In this document: in pieces, positions 45,782-55,096 of the stretch | How the letters are laid out: the number at the start of each line of letters is the position of its first letter | Numbering within the stretch: the stretch's first letter is position 1 | Assembly: GCA_900768875.1 (NCBI GenBank) | Contig: CAAGEP010000003.1 | Span: 474,433-538,432, forward strand | Reading direction: 5' to 3' | Length of the DNA: 64,000 nucleotides | Source: Alphaproteobacteria bacterium | GTDB lineage: Bacteria > Pseudomonadota > Alphaproteobacteria > CAAGCB01 > CAG-977 | Notes under the pieces: model-generated | What the model saw: the letters and a program-made list of their open reading frames with translations, nothing else | The model's database searches: none | Told to the model about the DNA's origin: nothing | Position numbers and translations under genes: made by a program

Positions 45782-45811
45782 AAAAAGCGGCCTTTCGGCC
45801 GCTTTTTTTTA
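45782..45811 (+). terminator. Rho-independent terminator of the Cys-rich gene.
   Basis: aaagcggcc-tttc-ggccgcttt followed by a T8 run. Confidence 0.7.
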
Positions 45812-45950
45812 CATCCTTTTTCGAGTCCGCATATCCTCCCTCGTCATTGCGAGGCCGCGTCAACGACAAAACAATCCACTGACTCCGCCTTCGCGGCCGG
45901 TATCCTGCAAATGAATCCCCCGCCTCGGGCTTTACCGTTTCCCGTGATGA

Positions 45951-45987
45951 CAAAAAAAAGCAGGCACCGTGGGGACAGTGCCTGCTT
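45951..45987 (-). terminator. Rho-independent terminator of adhE.
   Basis: Minus-strand hairpin agcaggcac...gtgcctgct followed by a U8 tract. Confidence 0.65.
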
Positions 45988-46010
45988 TGATAGGAAGGAA
46001 TCCGGAGGGA

Positions 46011-48602
46011 TTAAACGATTCCTTCGTAAGCCTTCAAGTAGATTTCCTTGATTTCCTTGAACAAAGGATAACGGGGGTTGGCGCCCGTGCACTGGTCGTC
46101 AAACGCCATTTCCACCAGTTCGTCCAACTTGGCGTTAAAGTCTTCTTCTTTAATGCCGTAATCGCGGATGGACAGAGGAATGTTGACTTCTTTCTTCAAG
46201 TTCGTCAGCGCCTGCAGCAGCAATTCCAACTTTTCGTCGTCGTTTTTGCCGCCCAATTTCAGAGCGTTGGCAATCTGACCGTACTTTTCTTTCGCATTGG
46301 GGTATTTGTACTGAGCGAAAGCCGCCTGTTTGACAGGGCGGTCGCTTGCGTTGAAGCGAATGACCTGACACAGCAGCAACGCATTCGCGATACCGTGCGG
46401 AATGTTGAACGCGGCGCCCAGTTTATGCGCCATCGAATGGCACAATCCCAAGAACGCGTTAGCAAAAGCCATACCCGCCAGCGTGGACGCATAGTGCATC
46501 TTTTCGCGGGCAATCGGGTCGTTTTTGCCGTTTTTGTAGGAACGCGGCAGGTATTTGTAAACCTTTTTCGCGGCTTCCAAAGCGTTCGAGTTCGTGAAGT
46601 TCGTCGCCATAATGGAAACGTAAGCTTCAATCGCGTGAACAATCGCGTCATAACCCGAAGCGGCGCACAGTCCCGGCGGCATCGTGTCGACCAAGTTCGC
46701 GTCGACAATCGCCATGGACGGGGTCAGCGCATAGTCCGCCAACGGATATTTGATGTGGGTTTTGTCGTCGGTAATAACCGCGAACGGCGTTACTTCGGAA
46801 CCCGTACCGGACGTCGTCGGAATGGCAACCATGGACGCTTTTGCACCCAAAGCGGGCAAATCGCAAATTCTCTTGCGGATATCCATAAAGCGCATGGCGA
46901 CGTCTTCGAACTTGATTTCGGGTTGTTCGTACATCAGCCACATGACTTTGCACGCGTCAATCGGCGAACCGCCGCCTAGCGCGATAAAGCAATCGGGTTC
47001 GTACGTTTTGACCATCATCATCGCGTCGTTAATCGTCGACAGGGTGGGGTCGGGCTTCACGTCAAAGAAAATCTGGTAATCCGTTCCGATTTCGTCCAAA
47101 ACGCGCGTGATGTTGTTCACGGCACCCGAATTGAACAGGAAGCGGTCGGTTACGATAAAGGCGCGTTTTTTGCCTTTCAGTTCGCGCAAAGCGTAGTCCA
47201 TCGACCCGCGTTTGAAATAAATCTTGGGCGGTACTTTATACCACAGCATATTTTCTCTCCTTTCGGCGACGGTTTTGATGTTCAACAGGTGCTTCGGACC
47301 AACGTTTTCGCTGGTGGCGTTGCCGCCCCACGAACCGCAGCCGATGGTCAGCGTCGGGTTCAGTTTGAAGTTGAACAAATCGCCGATGGCGCCCTGCGCC
47401 GCGGGGGAGTTGATTAAAATGCGGCCGGTATGGATTTTGTTGCCGAACGCGTTGATTCTGTCGGTCTTTCTTTCGTCCGTGTACAGAACGGAAGTATGAC
47501 CCGCGCCGCCGTGATCGACCAGCGTGTAGGCTTTTTCCATCGCGTCTTCAAAGTCTTTGGCGCGGTACAGAGCCAAAACGGGCGACAGTTTTTCGTGCGC
47601 GAACGGTTCTGCGGTCGTCGTGTCTTCGACTTCGCCAATCAGAACCTTTGTTTCTTCGGGAACTTCGATTCCCGCCATTTCCGCGATTTTATAAGCGGGC
47701 TGACCGACAATCGCGGGGTTTACGCCGCGCGGGGTCAACAGAATGGCGGCGACTTTTTCGCGTTCCTGTTCATTCAGAATGTATGCGCCGCGGAATTCAA
47801 ATTCCTTGCGGACGGCTTCGTACACTTCGTCAACCGCGATAACGGATTGTTCGGACGCGCAAATCATGCCGTTGTCGAACGTTTTGCTCAGCAGAATCGA
47901 GGAAACAGCCATTTGAATGTCGGCAGTTTCGTCAATGACCGCGGGCGTATTGCCGGGACCGACGCCCAAAGCGGGCTTGCCCGAAGAATAAGCGGCTTTG
48001 ACCATGCCGGGGCCGCCCGTCGCCAGAATGATGTCAACCTTGGGGTGTTTCATCAGCATATCGGACAATTCGATGGTCGGTTCGTCAATCCAGCCGATGA
48101 TTCCTTCCGGAGCGCCGGCTTTGACCGCGGCTTCCAAGCACAGCTTGGCGGCGGCGATGGTGCTTTTCTTGGCGCGGGGGTGCGGCGAAAAGACAATGGC
48201 GTTGCGCGTTTTCAGCGCAATCAGAGTTTTGAAAATGGCTGTGGAAGTCGGGTTCGTCGTCGGAACGATGCCTGCGATAACGCCGATGGGTTCGGCGATT
48301 TTTTTGATACCGCCGGCTTTGTCTTCTTCGATGACGCCGCAGGTTTTCATATTTCTGTATTTGTTATAGATGTATTCGGACGCGAAGTGGTTTTTAATCA
48401 CCTTGTCTTCCATAACGCCCATTCCCGTTTCTTCGGCAGCCATCTGCGCCAAAGGAATACGGGCTTTGTTAGCCGCCAACGCGACTTCACGGAAAATCTT
48501 GTCCACCTGTTCCTGCGTGTACGAAGCGTATTTCGCCTGTGCTTCGTGCGCTTTGGTAATGACGGCCTCAAGATCCTCTGCGGTTCTGACTTCGTTTTCC
48601 AT
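46011..48602 (-). CDS. adhE: Bifunctional acetaldehyde-CoA/alcohol dehydrogenase AdhE.
   Basis: 863 aa. N-terminal ALDH domain and C-terminal Fe-ADH domain. The N-terminus is typical of AdhE. Confidence 0.9.
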   Translation of the reverse strand: MENEVRTAEDLEAVITKAHEAQAKYASYTQEQVDKIFREVALAANKARIPLAQMAAEETGMGVMEDKVIKNHFASEYIYNKYRNMKTCGVIEEDKAGGIKKIAEPIGVIAGIVPTTNPTSTAIFKTLIALKTRNAIVFSPHPRAKKSTIAAAKLCLEAAVKAGAPEGIIGWIDEPTIELSDMLMKHPKVDIILATGGPGMVKAAYSSGKPALGVGPGNTPAVIDETADIQMAVSSILLSKTFDNGMICASEQSVIAVDEVYEAVRKEFEFRGAYILNEQEREKVAAILLTPRGVNPAIVGQPAYKIAEMAGIEVPEETKVLIGEVEDTTTAEPFAHEKLSPVLALYRAKDFEDAMEKAYTLVDHGGAGHTSVLYTDERKTDRINAFGNKIHTGRILINSPAAQGAIGDLFNFKLNPTLTIGCGSWGGNATSENVGPKHLLNIKTVAERRENMLWYKVPPKIYFKRGSMDYALRELKGKKRAFIVTDRFLFNSGAVNNITRVLDEIGTDYQIFFDVKPDPTLSTINDAMMMVKTYEPDCFIALGGGSPIDACKVMWLMYEQPEIKFEDVAMRFMDIRKRICDLPALGAKASMVAIPTTSGTGSEVTPFAVITDDKTHIKYPLADYALTPSMAIVDANLVDTMPPGLCAASGYDAIVHAIEAYVSIMATNFTNSNALEAAKKVYKYLPRSYKNGKNDPIAREKMHYASTLAGMAFANAFLGLCHSMAHKLGAAFNIPHGIANALLLCQVIRFNASDRPVKQAAFAQYKYPNAKEKYGQIANALKLGGKNDDEKLELLLQALTNLKKEVNIPLSIRDYGIKEEDFNAKLDELVEMAFDDQCTGANPRYPLFKEIKEIYLKAYEGIV

Positions 48603-48634
48603 TGTTCCCTCTGATAGTAAACTGTTTGGGTTAA

Positions 48635-48652
48635 TCGTGATTTATTTCACAG
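48635..48652. promoter_or_regulatory. Putative Rex operator (TGTGA-N6-TCACA type) in the adhE/rex divergent intergenic region.
   Basis: tcGTGAtttattTCACag, starting 33 bp upstream of the adhE start. Confidence 0.5.
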
Positions 48653-48781
48653 TTTTCTATATAATCGAATCGCCCCCAAAAATCAAGCACTTTTCTAAAA
48701 ACCGTCCGAAAAATCTTTCGGTCTGGATTTTTGTGAAAAACCCTTTTATGATTGAGTCGAAAAAATTCAAGGAATTATGTT

Positions 48782-49396
48782 ATGAATCAGCCTCTTTCCG
48801 AAAAAGTGTACGCCCGTCTGACGCAATATCACAGCTTGCTGATTGAATATATCGAAGACGGCATCCCCACCATTTCCAGCCCTCAAATCGCCGTTCGACT
48901 GGGTGTGGACGATTCGCAGGTGCGCAAGGATTTCAAGCTGCTGAACAATGAAGGGCGCGGACGCGTCGGATACGACGTGCAGGCGCTCAAAGAATCGATT
49001 GAAGACACGCTCGGCTTTCAAATCGTCAAAAACGCGGTCATCATCGGCGCGGGGCATCTGGGCATGGCTTTGGCGAACTATTCCGCGTTCAGCGACTACG
49101 GACTGAACATTCTGGCATTATTCGACAGCGCGCCCGAAAAGGTCGGCACGGCGGTCAACGGCAAACCGATTTACCCTGTTTCCCGCCTGTCCGAAATGGC
49201 GCGCGAATCCCAAGCCGACATCGCCATTCTGACCGTTCCGCGCGCGTTCGCGCAAAAAGTCGCCGACGATTTGGTCAAAGCCGACTTTAAATATATCTGG
49301 AACTTCACGCCCGCGATTTTGAAAGTCCCCGACGGCATCAAAGTCCGCAACGAAAACCTTGTCGCGGGCTTTTTGCAGTTCGCGAATCAGGACTGA
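48782..49396 (+). CDS. rex: Redox-sensing transcriptional repressor Rex.
   Basis: 204 aa from the ATG at 48782. N-terminal winged helix and Rossmann fold (IIGAGHLGMALANY). Divergent from adhE. Confidence 0.8.
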   Translation: MNQPLSEKVYARLTQYHSLLIEYIEDGIPTISSPQIAVRLGVDDSQVRKDFKLLNNEGRGRVGYDVQALKESIEDTLGFQIVKNAVIIGAGHLGMALANYSAFSDYGLNILALFDSAPEKVGTAVNGKPIYPVSRLSEMARESQADIAILTVPRAFAQKVADDLVKADFKYIWNFTPAILKVPDGIKVRNENLVAGFLQFANQD

Positions 49397-49399
49397 CTT

Positions 49400-50641
49400 T
49401 TATTTTTCAAACAAAGCCGCCAATTCCAAATGCGGCGTAAAGACGAACTGGTCGACGGGGCGCAGGCGTTTGAGCGTATAGCCGCCGTTTATCAGTATTT
49501 CCGCGTCGCGCGCAAAGCTGACGGGATTGCACGACACGGCGACGACTTTGGGAATCCCCGCGGCGGCGATTTGCTCGACTTGCGCCTTCGCCCCCGCGCG
49601 CGGCGGGTCGAACACCACGCAATCAAAGCCCTCCAGTTCATCGGGATACAGCGGCGTTTTGAACAAATCGCGTTCCTGCACCTCCACCCTGCCCTGCGAC
49701 GCCAGCCGCAAAGCCTCCAAAGCGAACGGCGCGTTGTCCGCCCCTTTTAAAATCCGCTTTTTCTGTAATAAAGGCAAAGTGAACGTTCCCGCCCCGCAAA
49801 ACAGGTCGTAAACTTTTTTGGCTTTGCCGACATATTCGACAACGGCGGCGGTCAAAGCGTCCTGTCCCGCTTCGGACGGCTGAAGGAACACGCCCGCGGG
49901 CGGATTCAGCGTAAAATCGCCGATTTTCAGTTCGGGACGGTGCAGTATAATCAGCGGCTCGGCTTCCTGCCGTTCCGAAGAACGCCACGACACGCGCGCC
50001 ACGCCGTTTTCGACAGCGAAATCCGCCAAAGCTTTGCGCCACGCCGCATCGGGGGAAAACGGCAAAGTCAGCAGCACGTCCGCCCCCGTATCCGTCCACA
50101 GCAAAGACACGTCGCCCGAACCGCGTTTTTTGGGATACGGCAGTTTTTTGTCCGTTACCGCGGCGCGCAAAGGCTTTATCAGCCGCTCCAGTTCGGGAAT
50201 CAAAACGGCGCAGGAATCGACGGACAAAATTTTTTCGCTTTGCCTTTGGTTCAATCCCAAGCCCCTAAACAATCCGTTCCACACAACGGCAAACGTTACG
50301 CGCCGTCTGGTTTTCGGAGCAACGAAAACAGGCTCGTCGAATTCGGGCAGCTCCAGCCCCGCCAACGATTCACGCAGGCAGCGCAGTTTGAACGCCCTGT
50401 ACGCGTCCGCGCCCAGCTGCTGCAAAGCGCACCCGCCGCACTCCGCCGCATAAGGGCAAAGCGGGACGGCTCTGTCCGCGCTCGGCTCAAGGACTTGCAC
50501 GACTTCCGCGCGGGTATCCGACACCATGCGGTATTCCACTGTATCGCCCGCCGCCGTGTTCGGGATAAAAACCTTTTTGCCGTTGACCGTTATCAGCCCG
50601 TCGCCCTGACGCGCCAAATCGAAAACTTTTGCCGTATTCAT
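49400..50641 (-). CDS. 23S rRNA (uracil-C5)-methyltransferase of the RumA/RlmD family.
   Basis: 413 aa. N-terminal TRAM domain, an Fe-S Cys cluster (CPYAAECGGCALQ) and a class I SAM methyltransferase C-terminus. Confidence 0.7.
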   Translation of the reverse strand: MNTAKVFDLARQGDGLITVNGKKVFIPNTAAGDTVEYRMVSDTRAEVVQVLEPSADRAVPLCPYAAECGGCALQQLGADAYRAFKLRCLRESLAGLELPEFDEPVFVAPKTRRRVTFAVVWNGLFRGLGLNQRQSEKILSVDSCAVLIPELERLIKPLRAAVTDKKLPYPKKRGSGDVSLLWTDTGADVLLTLPFSPDAAWRKALADFAVENGVARVSWRSSERQEAEPLIILHRPELKIGDFTLNPPAGVFLQPSEAGQDALTAAVVEYVGKAKKVYDLFCGAGTFTLPLLQKKRILKGADNAPFALEALRLASQGRVEVQERDLFKTPLYPDELEGFDCVVFDPPRAGAKAQVEQIAAAGIPKVVAVSCNPVSFARDAEILINGGYTLKRLRPVDQFVFTPHLELAALFEK

Positions 50642-50705
50642 TTTTTTCCTGTCTTTAGCTATGACTTTTCGCTACACTATATTCAATTTTTGTCGGAGAA
50701 TCCAA

Positions 50706-51328
50706 TGCTGAAAATTTTAATTGCTGACGATCACGAGCTTTTTTTGGACGGCTTGCGGCTGGTTTTGTCGGATTTGGACAGCGAAATCACCGTTGACACC
50801 GCGTCCAATCATCACGAATTGCAGCAAAAAGCGGACGGGAAAACCGCTTACGATTTGATTTTGACGGATTTGGCAATGCCCGGAATGCCGTGGCACGAAT
50901 CCCTTCGCCGATTGAAAGAAAACAATCCCGACACGCCGATTGTCGTCCTGTCCGCCGTAACCGAACCCGAAAACGTCCTGCAAGCCGTCGATATCGGCGC
51001 ATCGGGCTTTATTCCGAAAACGTCGTCCAACAAAATCATTCTCAGCGCTCTGCATCTGATTTTGGCGGGCGGGTTATACCTGCCGTCGGAATTGCTGAGC
51101 CTGCAAAACAAGCCCGAAGACACCGCCGTCAAAGGCATCTTGACCCCGCGGCAGCTGGATGTTTTGCGCTTGATGGGACAAGGAAAGCCGAATAAAATCA
51201 TCGCCCGCGAATTGGATTTGTCCGAAGGCACCGTCAAACTGCACGTCACCGCGATTTTAAAGGCGCTGAACGTCATCAACCGCACGGGCGCGGTGATTGC
51301 GGGCAGAAATTTGGGATTGATAGACTGA
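50706..51328 (+). CDS. NarL/FixJ-family response regulator (REC plus LuxR HTH).
   Basis: 207 aa from the ATG at 50706 (MLKILIADDHELFLDGLR...). The C-terminal HTH is LSEGTVKLHVTAILKAL. The ORF-track call from 49940 is an antisense/upstream extension. Confidence 0.8.
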
Positions 51329-52083
51329 TGACCGATACCAAAAAAGATTTTATGACATCATCGCCGAAGCCCGTTCCGCCTCCGCGTATTGATTTCGTGG
51401 CGGAAGATTCCGACGCCGTTTTGCCGCCGTATCTTGAATCGGTTTACAAACGCCGTTATTTTTCGCCGCAATTCATCCGTTTTTTCAACAGCACCGTTAT
51501 GACGGCCGTATCGAACTGTTTTATGCAAAAACGGTTAATTCGCTATGTAACGGATGAAATCCATGCGGGACAGAATGTTTTGCAGTTCGGAACGGCGGAC
51601 GGCAGTTTGCAGCATGCCGTTGCCGAAAAAATGAACGGCAGCGGCGTCTATCATATCGAAGACATCTCAAAACCGCAAATCGACGCCTTGCTGCCGTCAA
51701 TTTCGCCATGGCTGAACGTGCGTCTGAACGTGCGCGACTTTTCAAACCCGACGGACCGGAAATATGATGCCGCCGTTTTATTTTTCACGCTTCATGAATT
51801 ACCCGACGCCCGCAAGGAAATCGTTTTAAAGCGAGCTTTCGACGCGCTGACTTCCCACGGAAAAATCATTGCGGTCGATTACGCCATGCCTTGCGCCTAT
51901 CATCCGATAAAGCACCCTTTGCGGCTGTTCAACCGTTTATTCGAGCCGTTCGCGGAATCGCTTTGGTACAAGGACATCAAGAGCTTCGCCCCCGCAAATT
52001 TGCGGGAATCCAAGAATATCATCTGGGCGAAATCGACAACGTTCGGCGGACTGTACCAGTGCGTCATCGCGCAGAAACGGTAA
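51328..52083 (+). CDS. Class-I methyltransferase-fold protein with a degenerate SAM motif I. Function unknown (RquA-like?).
   Basis: 251 aa. Motif I reads VLQFGTADGS instead of VLDxGCGTG. The acidic beta-2 end (YHIEDIS) and motif II (DAAVLFFTLHELPD) are retained. Confidence 0.5.
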   Translation: MTDTKKDFMTSSPKPVPPPRIDFVAEDSDAVLPPYLESVYKRRYFSPQFIRFFNSTVMTAVSNCFMQKRLIRYVTDEIHAGQNVLQFGTADGSLQHAVAEKMNGSGVYHIEDISKPQIDALLPSISPWLNVRLNVRDFSNPTDRKYDAAVLFFTLHELPDARKEIVLKRAFDALTSHGKIIAVDYAMPCAYHPIKHPLRLFNRLFEPFAESLWYKDIKSFAPANLRESKNIIWAKSTTFGGLYQCVIAQKR

Positions 52084-52807
52084 GCTCCACCCCCAGTTCC
52101 TGCGCCATTTGAACGGGAATGTCGCTAAACACGCCCGCCGCGCCTTGCGCCCGCAAAGACTTTGCCAAATCGAAATCGTTGACGGTGTAGACCAACAGCC
52201 GGTATCCCGCGTCCAGAATTTCCTTGATTAAAGGCGGATTCAGCAAATCCGCGTCATAATTGATTGAATAAGCGTCGACTTTTTTCGCGGCGGGACGCCA
52301 GTCGCCCGACACGTCTTCGACCAGAACGCCGCGGCGGATATGCGGCGCAAGAGCCTGCGTTTCCTCCAGCGCGTCCCAAACAAAGCTGGAAAAATACAGC
52401 CTGTCGGGATTGTCGAATCCTTTTTCCTTGACGACTTCCCACACTTTGCGCGCCGTTTCGCGCCCCAGTTCGGGGCGGGATGGCTTGATTTCCACATTGA
52501 CGCACGCGCCGTATTCGTTCAAAACATCCAGCACTTCCGCCAACGTCGGAATTTTTTGGTTGTTTTTCAAAACGACGTTTTGCAGTTCGGCATACGTTCT
52601 TTCGTCCAGTCTGCCCGTTGCGTTTTCAGCCATCCTGTCCAGTTCTTCGTCGTGGAAAACAACGACTTTTCCGTCTTTGGTCAGCATGGCATCCAGCTCG
52701 ACCCACCGAATCCCCGATTGACAAGCATAGCGAAAAGCCTCTAAGGTGTTTTCCGTTTTGACACCGCGCGCGCCGCGATGCCCCAAAACGACGGGTAAAG
52801 TAAACAT
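52064..52807 (-). CDS. ugpQ: Glycerophosphodiester phosphodiesterase (UgpQ/GlpQ family).
   Basis: The ATG at 52807 follows a GGAGG Shine-Dalgarno. N-terminus MFTLPVVLGHRGARG...ELD. The longer ORF-track call is rejected. Confidence 0.7.
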   Translation of the reverse strand: MFTLPVVLGHRGARGVKTENTLEAFRYACQSGIRWVELDAMLTKDGKVVVFHDEELDRMAENATGRLDERTYAELQNVVLKNNQKIPTLAEVLDVLNEYGACVNVEIKPSRPELGRETARKVWEVVKEKGFDNPDRLYFSSFVWDALEETQALAPHIRRGVLVEDVSGDWRPAAKKVDAYSINYDADLLNPPLIKEILDAGYRLLVYTVNDFDLAKSLRAQGAAGVFSDIPVQMAQELGVELTVSAR

Positions 52808-52864
52808 AAACAGCCTCCTTTGGTTTGTTTTGCTTACTATACGAGGGTAACGGACGGAAAACAA

Positions 52865-53782
52865 ATGCGATTTTTTCATTCTTGGCGAAAAGTGCCCGAA
52901 GCTTTCCAAAACGCCGTAATTGCCATCGGCAATTTCGACGGGTTTCATCGGGGACATTACGCCGTTGTCGAAAAAGCGGTCGAGGTCGGCAAACAGCTGC
53001 ACCGCCCCGTTATGCTGATGACGTTTGAACCGCACCCGTCGGCGTATTTCCGCCCCGGCGGACGGACGTTCCGCATCACCCCGATTCGCGCCAAAGTCCG
53101 CGCGATTTGCGCCCTGCCCATTGACGGCTTTTTTGTCTTTGCGTTCAACCGCGTTTTTGCCGAAACGACCGCCCGACAATTTGTCGAGGACGTGCTAATC
53201 GACGGCTTGCACGCGGCGGCTTTGGTCGTCGGCGAAGATTACGGATTCGGTCACAACCGCGAAGGCGATGTCGAATACCTGCAAAAGAACTATCCCGCGC
53301 TGCCCGTTTATCCCGTGGCGAAACTGCGCGATTTCAACGGCGAGATTATCTCCTCCTCCCGCATCCGCGCTTTCATCCGCGACGGTCACGTCGCCCAAGC
53401 CGCCAAACTGACGGGACGTCCGTTTGAAATCGAAGGGTACGTCGTCCACGGGTTCAAGCGCGGACGCGTCATCGGCTTTCCCACGATTAACATCGAACCG
53501 CACGATTCGATTGTGCCGCGTCTGGGGGTTTACGCGGCGAAAGTCCTGCTTGACGGCGAATGGAAGCCAGCCCTTGCCAACATCGGCACGCGACCGACCG
53601 TCGACGGAGAAGGCATCTTGCTTGAAGCGCACATTTTGAATTACAATGGCGATTTGTACGGCAAGCGGCTGCGCGTCCAACTGACGGAGTTTATCCGCCC
53701 CGAACAGAAATTCGCGTCCTTGATCGAATTGAAACGCCAAATCGAACAGGATATGAATCAAATCAAAAGGATTTTGGAATGA
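52865..53782 (+). CDS. ribF: Bifunctional riboflavin kinase/FAD synthetase.
   Basis: GNFDGFHRGH motif 19 aa from the chosen ATG. C-terminal riboflavin kinase domain. Confidence 0.8.
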   Translation: MRFFHSWRKVPEAFQNAVIAIGNFDGFHRGHYAVVEKAVEVGKQLHRPVMLMTFEPHPSAYFRPGGRTFRITPIRAKVRAICALPIDGFFVFAFNRVFAETTARQFVEDVLIDGLHAAALVVGEDYGFGHNREGDVEYLQKNYPALPVYPVAKLRDFNGEIISSSRIRAFIRDGHVAQAAKLTGRPFEIEGYVVHGFKRGRVIGFPTINIEPHDSIVPRLGVYAAKVLLDGEWKPALANIGTRPTVDGEGILLEAHILNYNGDLYGKRLRVQLTEFIRPEQKFASLIELKRQIEQDMNQIKRILE

Positions 53783-54261
53783 AACAGGGACTTATCGCCG
53801 CCTTTATCGCCCTTCTTGCCGACCAAGCGTCGAAAATCGCGACTCTCGCCTATTTTGCCGACCGCGTTCCGCCCGTGAAAGTGACAAGCTTTTTCAACTA
53901 TGTGCTGACGTGGAACCGCGGGGTCAGCTTTTCCATGTTTCATTCGGACAAACCGCTTGCGCCCGTCGTTTTGACGGTTGTCGCGCTGATGATTTGCGGC
54001 ATCGTCTTTTACTGGATGAAAAACGAAAAGGATGTCAAAACCCAAATTTGCTTCGGTCTGATTTTGGGCGGGGCAATCGGCAACATCGTCGACCGAATCC
54101 GATTCGGCGCGGTTATCGACTTTTTGGACTTTTACGTCGGAACGTACCATTGGCCGGCTTTCAACGTCGCGGATTCGGCGATTTGCGTCGGCGCGGGGTA
54201 TATTCTGATTTGGAATTTGTTTTTCGCCCCGATTGAAAAACCGAAAGGATTAGGAAAATGA
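53779..54261 (+). CDS. lspA: Lipoprotein signal peptidase II.
   Basis: 160 aa with 4 TM helices and conserved LspA motifs (NRGVSFS, DFLDF). Overlaps the ribF stop. Confidence 0.8.
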   Translation: MKQGLIAAFIALLADQASKIATLAYFADRVPPVKVTSFFNYVLTWNRGVSFSMFHSDKPLAPVVLTVVALMICGIVFYWMKNEKDVKTQICFGLILGGAIGNIVDRIRFGAVIDFLDFYVGTYHWPAFNVADSAICVGAGYILIWNLFFAPIEKPKGLGK

Positions 54262-54875
54262 CCCCGAACATCTTTCGCCGTCTGTCGGGATCGCCCGACG
54301 CGACGCGGCTTTTCAAGAAAAAAACAGCCGTCCTCCTGCTGGAATATCAAAACGAGCATTTTACGGGACTGCTGCCGATAGAAGCGGCGTATGCCGCAGT
54401 CGCTCCCGCCGTCGCTCTGATGAATTGGGCGGACAAGCACAAGATTATGGTCTGCCACGTCCGACATCTGGCAAAAAGCAGGGCAAGCGCGGTGTTTGCT
54501 CCCGACAGCGCGGGGGCGGAGTTTTATCCCGAACTCGCCCCGCGAAAAACGCATACCGTTTACACCAAATACGCTTCAAGCGCGTTTGCGGGGTCTTTGC
54601 TGCACACCGATTTGGAAGCGGCGGGTGTCGACACGCTGATTATCGCGGGCTTGGATTCGCCGACGACGGTTTCAGCCACCGCGCACGATGCCAAACTGCT
54701 GGGCTACAAAACGATTGTCGCGGCGAATTTGTGCGCGGCGCGCGACACCGTTTCATGGGATAAAAACCGCATTACCAAAGGCGATCAGATGAACGATATC
54801 GCGCTGTCCGCCATCGCCGACAAATACGCGCAAGTCGAACTCAGCACGGCGATTACGGCTTTGGAATTGGCTTAA
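54258..54875 (+). CDS. Isochorismatase-family (cysteine hydrolase) protein.
   Basis: 205 aa with an isochorismatase-like fold and a catalytic Cys context (IIAGLDSPTTV). Confidence 0.55.
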   Translation: MTPNIFRRLSGSPDATRLFKKKTAVLLLEYQNEHFTGLLPIEAAYAAVAPAVALMNWADKHKIMVCHVRHLAKSRASAVFAPDSAGAEFYPELAPRKTHTVYTKYASSAFAGSLLHTDLEAAGVDTLIIAGLDSPTTVSATAHDAKLLGYKTIVAANLCAARDTVSWDKNRITKGDQMNDIALSAIADKYAQVELSTAITALELA

Positions 54876-54889
54876 AGGGGGGATTTGAA

Positions 54890-55096
54890 ATGAAAAAAGC
54901 TTTGATTTGTTTGACGGTTTTAACGCTTGCGGCATGTTCCGATTACGCGAACTGGGACAAACGCGGTCCCGACGCTTCGGGTGCCGAACCGCAAAAAAGT
55001 CTGGTTTTGCCGCCCGATTTTTTCCTGCGCGCGCCCGTTGAAAACGCGCCCGCTCCCGCCCCCGAAACGCCCGAAAAAGCGGAGAAACCCTTGTGA
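54890..55096 (+). CDS. Small lipoprotein.
   Basis: 68 aa. The lipobox is LTLAAC. The tail is Pro/Ala-rich. It lies immediately upstream of the M16 peptidase pair. Confidence 0.5.
   Translation: MKKALICLTVLTLAACSDYANWDKRGPDASGAEPQKSLVLPPDFFLRAPVENAPAPAPETPEKAEKPL

Noticed and set aside
49940-51328. 462-aa ORF call extending far upstream of the response regulator.
   Set aside because: The upstream part is antisense to the RumA-like gene. The true start is the MLKILIADDHE Met at 50706, typical of REC domains.
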